The notes below the pieces were generated by a model. It searched no databases. It was not told where the DNA came from and was given only the letters and a program-made list of their open reading frames with translations. The translations under genes and the position numbers were made by a program. Shown here piece after piece: positions 26,575 to 39,214 of a stretch of DNA of 64,000 nucleotides. The stretch is from Callorhinchus milii (taxonomy: Eukaryota), in NCBI RefSeq assembly GCF_018977255.1, contig NW_024704743.1, forward strand, positions 84,756,001-84,820,000, given 5' to 3'. How positions within the stretch are numbered: position 1 is the first letter of the stretch; each line of letters opens with the position of its first letter.

Positions 26575-27075
26575 TTCTAGAGTCTACATTGAATTACTGT
26601 GACCGGGGCTCCCTCTACATTCTTGTCCTCCGAGACTTCTTTGCTATGTTCGACACAGTTGAGCATTGTTTCCTCTTTCACCAGCTCTCCTCCCTCATCC
26701 ACCTCAGTTGGTCCGCACTCACCTGGTTTGAGTCCTAATTAACCGACTGCCATCATTTCGTCTCCGCAAAAATTTTTTCCTCCCGTCCTCGCCAGGTCAC
26801 CTGTGGCATTCCCCAAGGCTCCAGCCTTTTTTTTACCTTATTTACATGCTCCCTCTCAGAAACGTCACCCGCAGACACGGTGTCAAAATCCACATGAATC
26901 GGATGATACCCAAATCTACTTCTCCCCCTACTCCTCCAGCTGCACCTGCAAGTCCAGTGATGTCCTGTCAGCTTGTTTGTCAGACATCAAGGCCTGGATG
27001 AGCCCAAACTTCATGCAGCTGAACATTCGACAAGACAGAAGCCATACTCCTTGGCTCCTGTCAACATCTTCTTTC
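26575..27075 (+). mobile_element. L2-clade LINE reverse-transcriptase fragment (decayed)
   Basis: Frameshifted RT motifs ILVLRDFFAMFDTVEH (cf. LLDLSAAFDTVDH), GIPQGS, SDDTQIY (cf. YADDTQLY) and CLSDIKAWMSPNFMQLN. Confidence 0.9.
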
Positions 27076-28914
27076 CTTTCATAATCTGAAGCACCTTGGA
27101 ACTGTTCTGGTACATGAACAATCCCATCATTTAATCGTTTTGCCCATCATTTCATAATTTTGCCTGCCACCAAGTATCAGGCACAAGATGTAAATGAGGG
27201 ATAAAAAACTGATTTTTTTAATATATATAATATGTATGTGTGTGTGTATCTATATGTATAAAATATCTATATATTGAGTTCATGTTTTTTTTAATATCGA
27301 GTAATAAATATTTTGAAATTGTAAAAGAAATTGTATTTTCTTACTTCATTTGATAGAAATGGCAGGTACTAAGATATTTAGGTTTCCCTGATTATCAAAG
27401 TTGAGAATATATAAGTAGCTTTTCAACTCTTCAAATGTCTCACTTCAGTTTATTCCAATTCTGTAACATTTTTCAGATGCTGAGGAAAAGTAAGTCCGCC
27501 TCATTACTTTGTGGAAGTTTCTTCTGAACTGATCTTAGTACATTTTTGAGGAGTTTTGCAATAATTCAATGTTCCAATAATACAGGGGTAAACTAATGCT
27601 GAAATGCTGTAGCTTTATTAATGCAAGAGTTTATTTCAGAGTGAAAGCTTACAGAACTGCCCAGCATATCTCTTTGGACCTACCACAAATCTGATGCATA
27701 GCTTGTCTTTCTCTTCTTCCCTCACCTTTGCTGAAAGTACATAATTAATTTTATTTATTGACTATGAAAGAGTGAAGACTGAATGGGTACACTGATATTC
27801 TAACCGACTCAAATGATTCAACTAAGAAGCGGTACCATTGTTAAATAAATATTTTAAAGCATGGAATAATGAGGCCCAGTCCAACTTTATCTCCCACCGA
27901 TGTAGTACGGTCTCTACACTACACATTAATCTGAAGGACAGATACTTTCTGATCCCTAAAGGTAAACAAGCAACACTCCAGAATATCATCTATTCCCACA
28001 ACTCCACTGTTAATTCCTAGACTTCAAGTCTTTACATATAAATAATATGGTCTCATCAGTGATCGATACAAGGTTAGAATAACTTGTTTTGACTTATAGT
28101 GAAATGCCCTCAAGATGTATTTGATTAGCTTTATTGATAACCCTTCTTATTGACTAGAAGCTTTCACTGAATGATCAATCATATTCTCATCCTTTTTACT
28201 TCCAATTTTACTAAGGAACAACCTTCATTGTGCATTTGTCTCCTGTTCCATATGTTTCTTTACTTTTGTCTAATAATGAAACCAAAACAAATGTGCTTGA
28301 AATGGCAACAGATTAAACATCTGAAAATCCTTTCCTGCACCTCTAACCCTATTACTAATCCTAGTTAAGTAGGCATTTTTAGTTTGGAAATTGTGTGTTA
28401 CATTATAAAAGTTGCATCAGATTACTGCTATTAAAAAAAGTTGAAATTTTCATATTCTCGAGTACTAAGATGTGAATCATTGTACAAAACTGCAATTTTT
28501 ATCCTTTGAATGCATGAATTTATTGTATTTGACAGCAAACCCTCCTATCACCTGTACAATCTACAGAGACGAGTAGATGCTTTCAGACTTTGACAATCCA
28601 ATTAATATGGACTTCATTAAGATGTAATCAAAATCTGTTCCCTAGCAAATCACTAATCGTTGCAGTAGAATATGGATTGCAATATGAATAATACTGCTCA
28701 TTTTTGTTGATGTTTATCTATTAGTTAAAACAGATTCCTCTCAGCACAGTGTTTTTCCAACTTAAATATATTATAGAGGATCTACTACGGAGGTCCCTTT
28801 ACTCTTTGTAGTATTTACCTTAAATGTGGCAGACAACATACAGAATCTTATGCAGATAAACTCGTCTGACTGCAGTGCAAACTAGATAAATCATTTCAAA
28901 ATGCCATTCGTGAT

Positions 28915-29088
28915 CAGGTTGGTGGATGGTGTCAAAGTAGGTCATCTTTGACTGCGCTTTCGATCATCTTTCCCCTCCCACCCCCTTTGCCTCCCACCAC
29001 CAGCTGGGGTGCCCAGTCAGCAGTGAGACGCTTTGAGTCATCCTCCCAACATGAGAAGCACTATATAAATGTGTATTTGTGTTGTGCT
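28915..29088 (+). mobile_element. L2 3' tail
   Basis: ctttgactgcgctttcgatcat...gtgagacgctttgag...gaagcactatataaatgtgtatttgtgttg. Confidence 0.75.
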
Positions 29089-29169
29089 GTGGTAACATCT
29101 ATGATGCTAATTATCTTGAAAATTTCACCAGGAAATTTCACCACTACTTATACCTAATCATTGAGATAT

Positions 29170-29540
29170 GACTCTGTACTCTCACCCTTTGTTTCCTAAC
29201 ATTTAACCAACTTTCTATCCATACTGCTACCTTAATGCATCCCAATTATAACAACAACAATGTGGATTTATATTGCGCCCTCCACGCCGGACGGTGTCTC
29301 AGAGCACTTCACATTAACGGAATCCGGGCCGGGGGAGGAAGGTGACCAAAGGTGCGGTCACCAATTATTTTTTAACAAGCCTTCTATGCGACACTTTAAA
29401 AGCTTTCTAAATATACCAGCTCCACAGCATTAGCTCCATCTGTTTTCTGGGCTATTTTGTCAAACACTATGTTAGATTCTTGAGGCAAGACTTGCCTTTT
29501 ACAAATCCTTGCTGGCAGTCTTCAATCAGCCCATATCTTT
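29170..29540 (-). mobile_element. CR1 LINE RT fragment (interrupted by an L2 tail)
   Basis: tttaaccaactttctatccata...gacactttaaaagctttctaaat...gcaagacttgccttttacaaatccttgctgg (antisense QQGFVKGKSCL and F.KAF..V motifs). Confidence 0.7.
29250..29360 (-). mobile_element. Short L2 3' tail inserted into a CR1 relic, with 8-bp target-site duplication
   Basis: acaacaacaatgtggatttatattgcgccc...tctcagagcacttcaca, flanked by ccaattat at 29242-29249 and 29361-29368. Confidence 0.85.
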
Positions 29541-29884
29541 CCAGGAATGGGAAAATATGATGAGTGGGAAGGGCTAGAAAAGACAGAGCAAGTAGAAGTA
29601 AAGGATTTGTAATTTTATTTGAATGTTTCTTTAATCAAGTTTTATAACTTGGTATTGCAATAATAGAGCTGGTCCTGATATGTAACCATTCTACTGAGGT
29701 TTGTTTCGTTGCTAATCTGTGTACTCAAAACTTGGGAAACAAATTCTGTTGGTATCTCTGGGGAAATTCAACCTCACTTCGCTGAGGATTCTGTGAAACA
29801 TCCATACAGTTCTCTTAACGATTCAGCCTGTTTCATTGAATTGTTCTGAATTTATGGTTATGAAGTAAATTGTTTTCATGGACC

Positions 29885-30130
29885 TTTTGAGAAAGCTGGA
29901 ACTTTGAGCTTGTAGTCTAGGCTTGTACAAGAGTTCTGCATTGCCAGGTGCTATCCTTCAGATGAGATTTTAAACCGTCTTCCTATTCAGGTGGACATTA
30001 AAGATCCAACAGCACTACATTGTGGGAGAGGGTTTCTCTTGGTGTCCTAGACAACAATCCTACAAATAAATATTTGTCATTTATTTCCTGGCTGTGTTGT
30101 GGGACACTGCTGACCGTAAATGAGCTGTGA
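29885..30130 (+). mobile_element. Deu-type SINE, central fragment
   Basis: ggtgctatccttcagatgaga...caggtggacattaaagatcc...ggtgtcctagacaacaatcc. Confidence 0.75.
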
Positions 30131-30702
30131 TTCAGCTACCATATTTTGGCAAACGTTTATTGCAAAAAAAAAGAACAAAACAAACCTCTTTGCAGCAGTT
30201 TGAAAATGCGTGTCTTGAGGTCATTCTGATAAATATGCAANTTTTTTTCATCGAGACATCTGTGCAGTGTGGAATGTTGCTATAGATCTTCAACTTTCAA
30301 TTTGTCGAGTTGGATCTCCAGTATGCGGAGGCAACCAACGATCCAACTCCAAGTCAAGTATTGCTGGATTTGGGAAAACCAGCTATTTTACATTCCTATT
30401 TGCCTTGTAGACGAAGCAGTAATGTAACTTTCACTCTGTTGCTAATATATTCCTAGTTCTATCTTTACAGTGATTTATTTATATTGTGTATTGTTCATTG
30501 CTAATAATCTTAAAACATTAAAATCTTGATACAGACTTCTCTGTGAAAAGTACTAATTTGGGCAATAAATTGTGGAATAAATCTTTTTAATTTTTGGCGT
30601 GGATGTATATGTCATTTTTAAATGAGTAGTTTCAGAGGAAATGCAGATTCTATTTGATGAACATTTTTTCACTTTCAACTCTGTGCCCTGTTTAATTTGC
30701 AG

Positions 30703-30783
30703 GATCTTTTTGCAATCAGTGCTCATGTTTATGCTCAGAAGCCACAAATGGACATTCATAGTTTTGAAGGGACCTTCACACGG
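30703..30783 (+). CDS. ATP9B: ATP9B internal coding exon; 81 nt, phase 0-0
   Basis: Acceptor ttgcAG, donor GTgagt. Translates [27 protein letters not shown], in frame with the previous exon. Confidence 0.97.
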
Positions 30784-32319
30784 GTGAGTTGGAAGCTCTT
30801 AATGGCTTACTTACTGATAATTTGCTTAAGAAACTTAAAGCTGAAACTGTTCAAGTATAATTCTGATATTTATTTTTAAGTAATTTATGTTGTGTTTCAT
30901 TAAATTAAAGGCCAAAGTTCAGCCTTTCATATTCTTTAGTTTCTACACTGGTTTTTAAGATGCTTTTGGAAAGTTTATCATTATAATTTTCCGATTCTAA
31001 TTCAGCAGTGCAACTTACAGGAAGGCAAACTCATAACAGTTACTATAATTTCCAGAGTTGAACATGAATGAACTGTCATCAGTTGAATAATTGCTGACCA
31101 ATTTCTACTCAAAGGAGCAGTAGTTTGAGTTTGTATTAATAGCGGATTAGGAGTTACTAAAAATGTGTCTGCAGTGTCACAAAAGCGATCATTGTTTGTT
31201 GGTTTCATTCTTGGCCACACACTAGGCTAAGCAAAGCAGCAGTTCCTGTTCTGATTCATTCTTTCGGATTCATTCTCGCATAGCTTTATTTCAATGTTTT
31301 AACTTGTTTATTAAATTATTAGACTATTTTTGATTGTGTACATGATTCAGCTTAAAGATATGATGATCATTCTGTAAACAAATGATCAGCATCCACATCA
31401 GTTGGAAAATATCATGGTTCCTTGAAAACCAGAAAATTGAATAATACTCCATGCTTTGATACACTATATGATAACAGACAGATTATCTCTTATGATGAGA
31501 CGTTGCTAACTCAATCATACTTTTATGAAAAGTACAAAATCCCATTACTGTGCACTTTAGTTAATGAGCAATCTGCTTGTGCACAGTTACCTACTCAATA
31601 AGAGATGGTAATTCTAGAAGGAATTCTACCTGTCACATTTAAGAAATGCTTCACTTGTGGTAAGCTGGTGCATCATTAAGTAGGAATAGTTCTTTGCAAT
31701 ATTTTTAAAAGCAGTTTGCTATATTTCAACATCTAAAAGCTAAGTTTTCATTAACTGCTTTCTTAACTAAGAATTATAATTACTGAACTGAAAAGAATGT
31801 TTCCCAAACTAAAATCTCAAATGTGACTGTCTTAAATGTTGGCTAAAGACAGTATTATTCATGTTTAAGAATGCAATCTGTTGGCAGAATGTCAAATCAC
31901 TTTAGCAGTATTTGAATTTTAAGTGTTCATTTTTGAGTTGCATTCTGTAATCCTGAAACTGATTTGAAGGAGATGCTTTTCCTTTTCCTTTGAAAGAACA
32001 ACACACAATGAGATTTTGTGCTTGATATTGTAACTAATAATTTACTTACAGCTAAATATATTCAAACTGACTTATGTGATGTTACAGTCTACGAACACAA
32101 TGCAACTGCAAACTTTCTATTTTTAATTGTTTTGTAAACTAGTCATTTTGCACCCCCTTGCATTAGGAAGAGCAGTTGAGCGAATTAGCATCTGACGTAA
32201 GCTATATATTAATAATATGCTGTAATTCACTGATCTGTAAGTACAAAATGCCATTTCACCATTAGTCAAGCTTGTGACTAATATTTTAGATTCTCTATGC
32301 TAACTTCATCCTGTAGTAC

Positions 32320-32934
32320 GCATCGCCCGTCTCCGCTAATATCTCACCTCAAAAGCCGCCGAAACCCTGGTCCATTCCTTTGTCACCTCTCGGCTGGACT
32401 GTTCAAATGCCCTCCTCGCCGGTCTCCCCTCCACTACCATTCATAAAATCCAGGTCATCCAAAACTCTGCCGCCCGCATTCTTACCCGCACCAAACTCCT
32501 CTCCCCGATTACCCCAGTCCTTGCTAGACTGCACTGGCTGCCTGTCCCAGAGAGGATCGATTCAAGATCCTCGCTCTTGTTTTCAAATCCCTCCACTCCT
32601 CTGCACCCCCCTACCTCTCTGACTTCCTCTCTCTTCAAAACAGTGCCCGCTGCCTTCGCTGGCCTCCCCCTTGTTCCCCGAATCCTCCGCTCCACCATCA
32701 GCGGCCGTGCCATCAGCCACTACGCCCCGAGGCTCTGGAACTCTCTTCCTCACTCCCTTCGCCTCGCCTCCTCTCTTCCTACTTTCAGGTGTCGGCTAAA
32801 GACCTTTCTTTTCGACCTCGCCTTTGGTCACCTTCTTCTCCCTCCCCCTGGCTCGGCCCTGGGATCGTTTATTGTGAAGCGCTCTGAGACGCCGTTCGGC
32901 GTGGAAGGAGCTATATAAATCCAAGTTGTTGTGT
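32320..32934 (+). mobile_element. L2-clade LINE 3' end, young 5'-truncated copy
   Basis: GC/CpG-rich ORF2 C-terminus ([24 protein letters not shown]...[10 protein letters not shown]...[21 protein letters not shown]...LKTFLF) and tail gtgaagcgctctgagac...ctatataaatccaagttgttg. Confidence 0.93.
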
Positions 32935-33244
32935 TAACCTGGTTCAGGTTTACATACAGCATCTTTCAGTGACGTTTTGATTGTGTTTGATAGCTTTAGA
33001 CGGGATGAGGATAAATGAATTCGACATGCTACACTTTGGCAGGCACAGTCACAGTTATTTATATCACAAATAGCAGTTACATGGCCTGTCCTCCTTATCA
33101 CTCAAATTGCCACAGCTTTGCTGTTGTAAACGAATGAACTTTATTTGAAAATCAAAAAGAGAGGTTCCCCTCCTTCCCCCCCCGCTCCCCCAGGGCTCAA
33201 CAACTTTTCTCAATGAGTAGCTACAAATGCTGCAAATGAATTAC

Positions 33245-33365
33245 ACCCCTGTTAGCGGTGGTTAGTTGATCTCAGCCAATGCAGCAGTCAGCCACTGAAA
33301 TTGGTCTTAGTGACCTGAGGTTAGGGAGGGAAAATGTAGCAATCAGTGTTTTCTTGATTGGTATA
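33245..33365 (+). mobile_element. Ancient SINE fragment (AmnSINE2-like, recalled similarity)
   Basis: gttagttgatctcagccaatgcagcag...aattggtcttagtgacctgaggttagggagggaaaa. Apparently related 3' segments lie at ~35910-36010 (+) and ~39030-39165 (-). Confidence 0.45.
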
Positions 33366-33699
33366 CAATGTTTTTTCTCCCTCTCCTTGCAGAAGGGATG
33401 GAAAGTCCAATGCATCTAGGAGAGGAGAAAGTGGTCAAGAAAACAGTTTAGTGCAGAAATCCTGAAAACAACCGAGCTAAGAATCCTCAATATAGCTTTC
33501 ATTTTTTTTACAAAGAAAATAGAATAAACCGTGGATCTGACATGTGAGAGCTTTATCCAGAAGCTGCATTATTCCTCTTTTGTACATTTAAACGATAGTA
33601 TTGAATGATGGAGCTCTGATCTAAATAAAAAGCACTTCTGTGCTTTTGTCATGAACTGCAAGTAGAATGATGCTAAACTAATATGAATCTAATCTTATT

Positions 33700-34850
33700 T
33701 ACGTAATGTGTTGTGTCTTTGCTCTGATGAAAACTGTGGTAGAGTATTGCACCTCCGAATTTACTCCTGTTGTTTGCCTTGCCTATTTCCAGTTCATCTT
33801 TCCTTTTTGAAAATATGCTTACATTTATCTTCAAAGTGGGATTTGTTTTGCTCATCAAACCCACAACCCATTGCATGCAAGTTCATGTTTATGTTTTTTT
33901 CCGGTCTCATGGAACTTTTGTTAGGTCTTAAATTATCCATCACCTTAAACATCCACCCTAATCCTCTGTATAGTTTTTCGGCATGGTTGCCCCACTGGTG
34001 AATGACTTACTTATGTTGCACATCTCTGAAACTAGTAACTACTTTTGAGATGTGCAAGACAAACAAAACCTTTTGCCAGAGTCTGGCACATTTAAGCAAG
34101 CTATCTTCTGTCTTCCACCAAAGTTATGATCTTTATTATCTCCTATCTTCTCAAGTTGCTCCAGTTAATTGTCCATCTGTGATACTTTAACTTCAACTCT
34201 GGAGTTTTTTTTATGACTCCCCTTTCCCAGTTTATTGGTTCACCATGTCAATGACTTCTTTATCCAGCCTATCCACACTGATAATTCCACTCTGCATTCA
34301 TCAATTTCCTTGAGATTGCAGTACCTCGTGCATAAAACCTTCACACCTTTTACAATAAAATAGCCAAATCATCAATGTTTAATCTGCATTCCATGACTTT
34401 CATTGGCGAACAATCTTGTTTCTTTCAGCTCCTTGTAGACAACATTTCTTCACCTCTCAGTTCAAGTCGAAAGATTAGCTGCTGCCTCTTCCTAATTTCT
34501 CTTCTTCCATTGACATTCTGATAATACTTGCATATCTGAGGAAACTGTTCCGATAGTTAATTCAAGCTTGTGGACAGGGCATCAGAAAAAGCTACTCATT
34601 CAATAGGTGATCCTTCTGACCTTTTATCCTCTCTGGTCGTCTCAGTTTTATTCATGTTTCTTTGGGTTACTATTCCGCGCAACTTTGGCCACTTGTTCCT
34701 TTCAAGCAGGAGATAACAATATCCTACATACTCTTCTTTCCTCCTTGGACATTGTGCTGTATTGAAGTCTCCGACTCATTCATCTTTCCCAGGAATTGCT
34801 ACTTCAGACTTCCTTTTCTCCTATAACGTGCAAGGTTCCTACAAACCCAA
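33700..34850 (-). mobile_element. Possible very old LTR retrotransposon (BEL/Pao-like gag-pol) relic
   Basis: Purine-rich minus strand with weak, frameshifted motif traces (a CY.CLK...C knuckle-like stretch near 34690-34730, LWWK, GNHAEK). Confidence 0.25.
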
Positions 34851-34974
34851 GCTTCACTTCAGTTAACCACTTGATCTTATTGGTCTTATTTCTGNTTTTT
34901 AATGATGTATTGTGCTAAGGAACTCAGCCCTTCATCTAGTCTCTGAATTTTTAAAAAAAAGTTTGAGACATTCC

Positions 34975-35235
34975 TGATGGGATTTACCTAAGCATATCGG
35001 CCACTAAGCAACCCACCCTCTGGAACTCCATTCTCGGGTCCCTCTGACTCCCTCCTTCTCTCCTCTGAAGGTATGCTGCAAAATGTTCCTTATTGACTGC
35101 ACTTTCGGTCATCTTTCCCCTCCACAGATCCCTCAGCTCCTGCCCTCAGCTCTAGTGCCAGTCAAAATGGTCAAGTGCTTTGGAACGAACTCGCGATGTA
35201 AACTTTGCTACATAAATGTAAATTGTATTGCATTG
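34975..35235 (+). mobile_element. L2 3' end, decayed
   Basis: ccctctggaactccattct...gactgcactttcggtcat...caagtgctttgg...ctacataaatgtaaattgtattgcattgta. Confidence 0.7.
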
Positions 35236-35454
35236 TATGGTTCAGAATTTAAGAAAGTTTTGGTTCAGAATAAAATGATCAGAGTACTCTTCCCCTTGAA
35301 TTATCAGCATACACGTGGTCACTTCACATACTCTCCCTATTCGAAGAAAGTTTAAACTCTGAGCCTGAAAAAAAATCACAGTTAAATAGTTTCAGTTTTT
35401 CTGTAATTTGGATAATAACTGGAATTAAAAAAAAATCTATGTACAGTGAAAGGC

Positions 35455-35502
35455 AGATAGAGAAATAGAGAGTGAGAGAGTGAGAGAGAGAGAGAGAGAG
35501 AG
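35455..35502 (+). repeat. (GA)n microsatellite
   Basis: Directly visible gagagagaga run. Confidence 0.9.
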
Positions 35503-35669
35503 TCAATCTTCTGGGAAGATTGCTTGTACAGTTATGTGATTTTGACTGATTTGGGATTGTAAAAAAAAATATCTCCAATGCAGTTCCTTTAAGAAACTGA
35601 TATTGTAGCCTAGCGAATTTACTTCCCTTTTCTGCTATACATGACTTTCAATCAATATATTAATTAAGC

Positions 35670-35905
35670 ATTATTCTGTTGGTACAACTATTACCTCTGA
35701 GTTAGAATATTACGGGTTCAAGCTCCACATCAGGATCTTGAGTCTAGGCTGACACCACTGGTAGGATTGGGGAATAAAACTATTGGAGATGCCATTGTTT
35801 GGATGAGATGGTAAACCAAGGTTCTGTCTGCTGATTCGGGTGGACATAAAGATTCCATGATATTTTTCAACCTTGCCAACATTTTTCCAAATAAATTGGT
35901 TATTC
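35670..35905 (+). mobile_element. Deu-type SINE, 5' and core part
   Basis: cctctgagttagaa...gggttcaagctcc...ggatgagatggtaaaccaaggttctgtctg...ggtggacataaagattccatg. Confidence 0.75.
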
Positions 35906-36167
35906 AGGGCGGCAGGGTGTCAAATGTACACGTTTATATGTTGGTTGGAGACAGGAATGGTATTTGATTATGATGCCCACTATGGTCCAAATTACTTCCC
36001 AGCACTCACTTTCAAAGATATAGCATAATTAAAGGTCAAGAAATGCAAAATATCATTTATCCTTTGTAACTCTATTTACTAGTGGTGAGCATCACAGATA
36101 ACAAAAGGAAACATTTCATATAAACCCTTGAGTTAATTTTTTCAAACAATAATGTATTTAATTGCAG

Positions 36168-36243
36168 GAAGACAGTGACCCATCCATCCATGAAAGTCTA
36201 GGCACAGAAAACGCACTGTGGGCCAGCACAGTAGTAGCTTCAG
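36168..36243 (+). CDS. ATP9B: ATP9B internal coding exon; 76 nt
   Basis: Acceptor attgcAG, donor GTgagt. Translates [25 protein letters not shown](G). Confidence 0.96.
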
Positions 36244-36479
36244 GTGAGTGCATTTGAACATTTGTTTTTCTCCTCATATCACGTGACTTCATCATATTAA
36301 CATTTCCAAATCTTTGGTAGGCATTACTTTTAGACCTCAGATTCTAGGTTATACGTTTCCAGAATGATTTGTAGATTGTTGAGAATTTCTACAAATTTTG
36401 AAGTTCTTTATAATATTTTGATAATTAATATTTCCAGTATTTTTAATATAATTTTTTTTATTGGGGTTTCAAATTGATG

Positions 36480-36830
36480 ACGACAACAACTTGCATCCAT
36501 ATAGTTCCCTTCATGCAGGGTAACATCTTGGGAGCGGTTAACAATGGAGGAGCTTAATACACAACAGGGGAGAAAGAAAACGACTTTTTAGTCATGGTAA
36601 AGAAGAAGGTTTTCAGGTGCGATCGTAAGACTGGCAAAGAGAGGAGGCAAGGCAGATGGAGTACCAGAGTTTTGGGGCATAGTGACTGAAAGCACAGCCA
36701 CTGATGGTGGAACATAGGGGCAAGGGACATGCAGAAGGTCAGAGCCAGCTGAGTGAAGAGGTGGCCAGAGGTTTGGGGTTTGAACAGTTTTGAGGGGTAG
36801 GCAGGTCCTAGGGGTTGAAGTGATTTGTAC
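36480..36830 (-). mobile_element. L2 3' end
   Basis: acaacaacttgcatccatatag tail in reverse, followed by decayed ORF2 (HLKTFFF). Confidence 0.75.
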
Positions 36831-37059
36831 GTTTCCAACACGCTCCCCTCCCTAGCAACAAGCAATATGTTCCGCACGTTCAGCACTCTCCGCATAACAT
36901 AGTGAAACCTAAATGGTTTTCTTTCCCCCTTCTGATCTGGAGACCATGACCCCTTATGGATTTCTTGACTATTCAACTTAAGAGTCCAGCTTTTGTCTCT
37001 CTAGGATGCAGAAAATATCAGTTAAGATCACACCTAAATCTTTTATGCTGTATCTCCCA

Positions 37060-37330
37060 AACTTTGGTTTAAAACCAATTAATTTGTACCTACCCTATTT
37101 GTCCATTCATTGTAGCATCGAGCTGGTTCTTAACTTAATTCAGTGTCAAGTTGGCCTTGACCATCTTTGCTGGTAATCCATTCCAGTTATTTTTATCCTC
37201 TTTCTGATTATTTCCTTGTCTCTATCTTAAACATGCCCTTCACATTCCCAAATCTCTTATCCTGCTGCCTTGAAGTCCCATCACGTGATCACCATACAGC
37301 TCTTTAGCTTGAATTTGTTCAAATTTTCCA
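37060..37330 (-). mobile_element. CR1 3' region, decayed
   Basis: ttcttaacttaattcagtg...accatctttgctggtaatccattccag...ctctatcttaaacatgccc. Confidence 0.5.
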
Positions 37331-39214
37331 GCTGCTTGAATCACTGTAGCAGTAAGTGGTGCAATTTTAATTCTGATGTAAATCCATGTGTATATGAATA
37401 TAAGTGCTCCAAGCTTCTGCCTGCGTGAAGGGTGCTATGTAAATGCAAGTTGTTATATATGGTGTTATCATGCATAATGCACACCGTTTAAGTTATTGGT
37501 TAATTTGAACCGGATGTTTTCTTTCCTCCTATTTAAAATTTATTTTTTCTATTTTGTTCCCGCTTATTCCACCCTGATATGTTTTATTTAATACATAGAA
37601 ATGCCATAATCTATTTCAATGCCAGAGAAACCTAAATTGTAGAAGTCCCAATTATACGCAAGTTTTTGCTGTATCCCAATTACTTTAAACCAATACACAG
37701 TTAGTGAGCTATTTTTTATACGTTTGCTTGCAGTGTTTGGATCATTGCTGATCTATTGCAACATCGCTGACCTATTGCGTATAATTGGGATCCTCTGTAA
37801 TTTTAAATAAAGAATTGACTTTTTCCCTCTGTTGGGATAGCAATAGCTGCTAGGATGGTTTATTACAAGCCATTAGTTGAAACAAATGCTGAGCGAATGC
37901 ATTTCCCCTGTACATTGCTATATTATCCCTAAGGTTTGTTTTGTAATATCCAACAGGGACCTTCTTGTATCAATATACCACTTATACCTTATTAATAAAC
38001 CTTTCAGAAATGGCATCAACTAATAAAAATACTAATGGGACACTTATCGTCTGGATTTATTGCATCTTATTTTTCCACAGTGCATTGAACCTCATATACT
38101 TGCATCAGTCTGCTGTTAGTGATCCTCCACAGTATCGATCTGTGGCCTGTCTCCTCTGTAATTGTCAGTGAAGCAGCAATAGGAGCTGAAGGTTTTGAGG
38201 TGTTTCCCCACACAATTCCCTAAGCACCCCTTCCTCGCCTGACCTTGACCCACAGATTGACCTCGACATGTAGTGACTGGTTGTCTAAACAAGATTTTGT
38301 CTAACTAAGTGACCGCAGGGATATTCACAAGTGCTCAGCACATTGATATTTCTTTCAACATTCACTCCATAAATAAAATTAATTTGAAGTAAGCATTTTT
38401 TTAAAGCTTTGTTCCTCTTTACGATTAATAAATGGTGGGAAACATCAGACTAGAGAGATGTTTCGTAATTTAAGTATATATATATATTTAAGTAATGTGT
38501 GGTAACCTCACCAATCTCTGTTGCATTCTATGATAAATGGATGTTTAATGTAGAAAGGGCATGTGTAGGTCAGAGAAGCTGCTGTGTTTCATGGGTGATT
38601 CATGTCAGAAGGTTGAAATTCTCATCTGTTAACCATGCTCATTGTGATGCTGGTCTATCTCTACTGTAATTTAGTACCTTTAATGAGTTATTTGCTAATT
38701 TTTTTCTCCTCTGCCTTGGAGACAGCTGTGACAAACGTGATTAATTTTTTTTCGTGGTCCCGATAACTTTAGAACTATTTTGTATTTCTTTTATCTTTCC
38801 TGTCCTTGTTGAAAGTAGTGTAATAAATCTGTACTTTGTTTAAAATTTGGTTCTAAATATTTTATGAATGAAACCAAGGTATTGAATTGATAAAAAGGAG
38901 TTCTTTTTGATGCAATTTTTTGTTTTAAAACAAGCAGTCCAGCATGAAAATTAGTCGCATTTAAGGTTTTTATTATTTCTATTTAAATCTACTTCTTATA
39001 GATTGCCCCAGTTTTTTTGTCACTCATCACTCCTTTTCTTTCTCATCTTTCAAAGACACTGACTCATGTTGGAGTATTGTTTGATAGGTGCTGTCTGCCC
39101 TCTGGTTCCTCACCAGTGTAGCCATTCTTCATGTATGAGGTTATGCCAATGAGAATGGCATAGAAGTAAGAACCACAATACCTGGTTTTGAGGTCTAACT
39201 ACATTTCTTAGATG

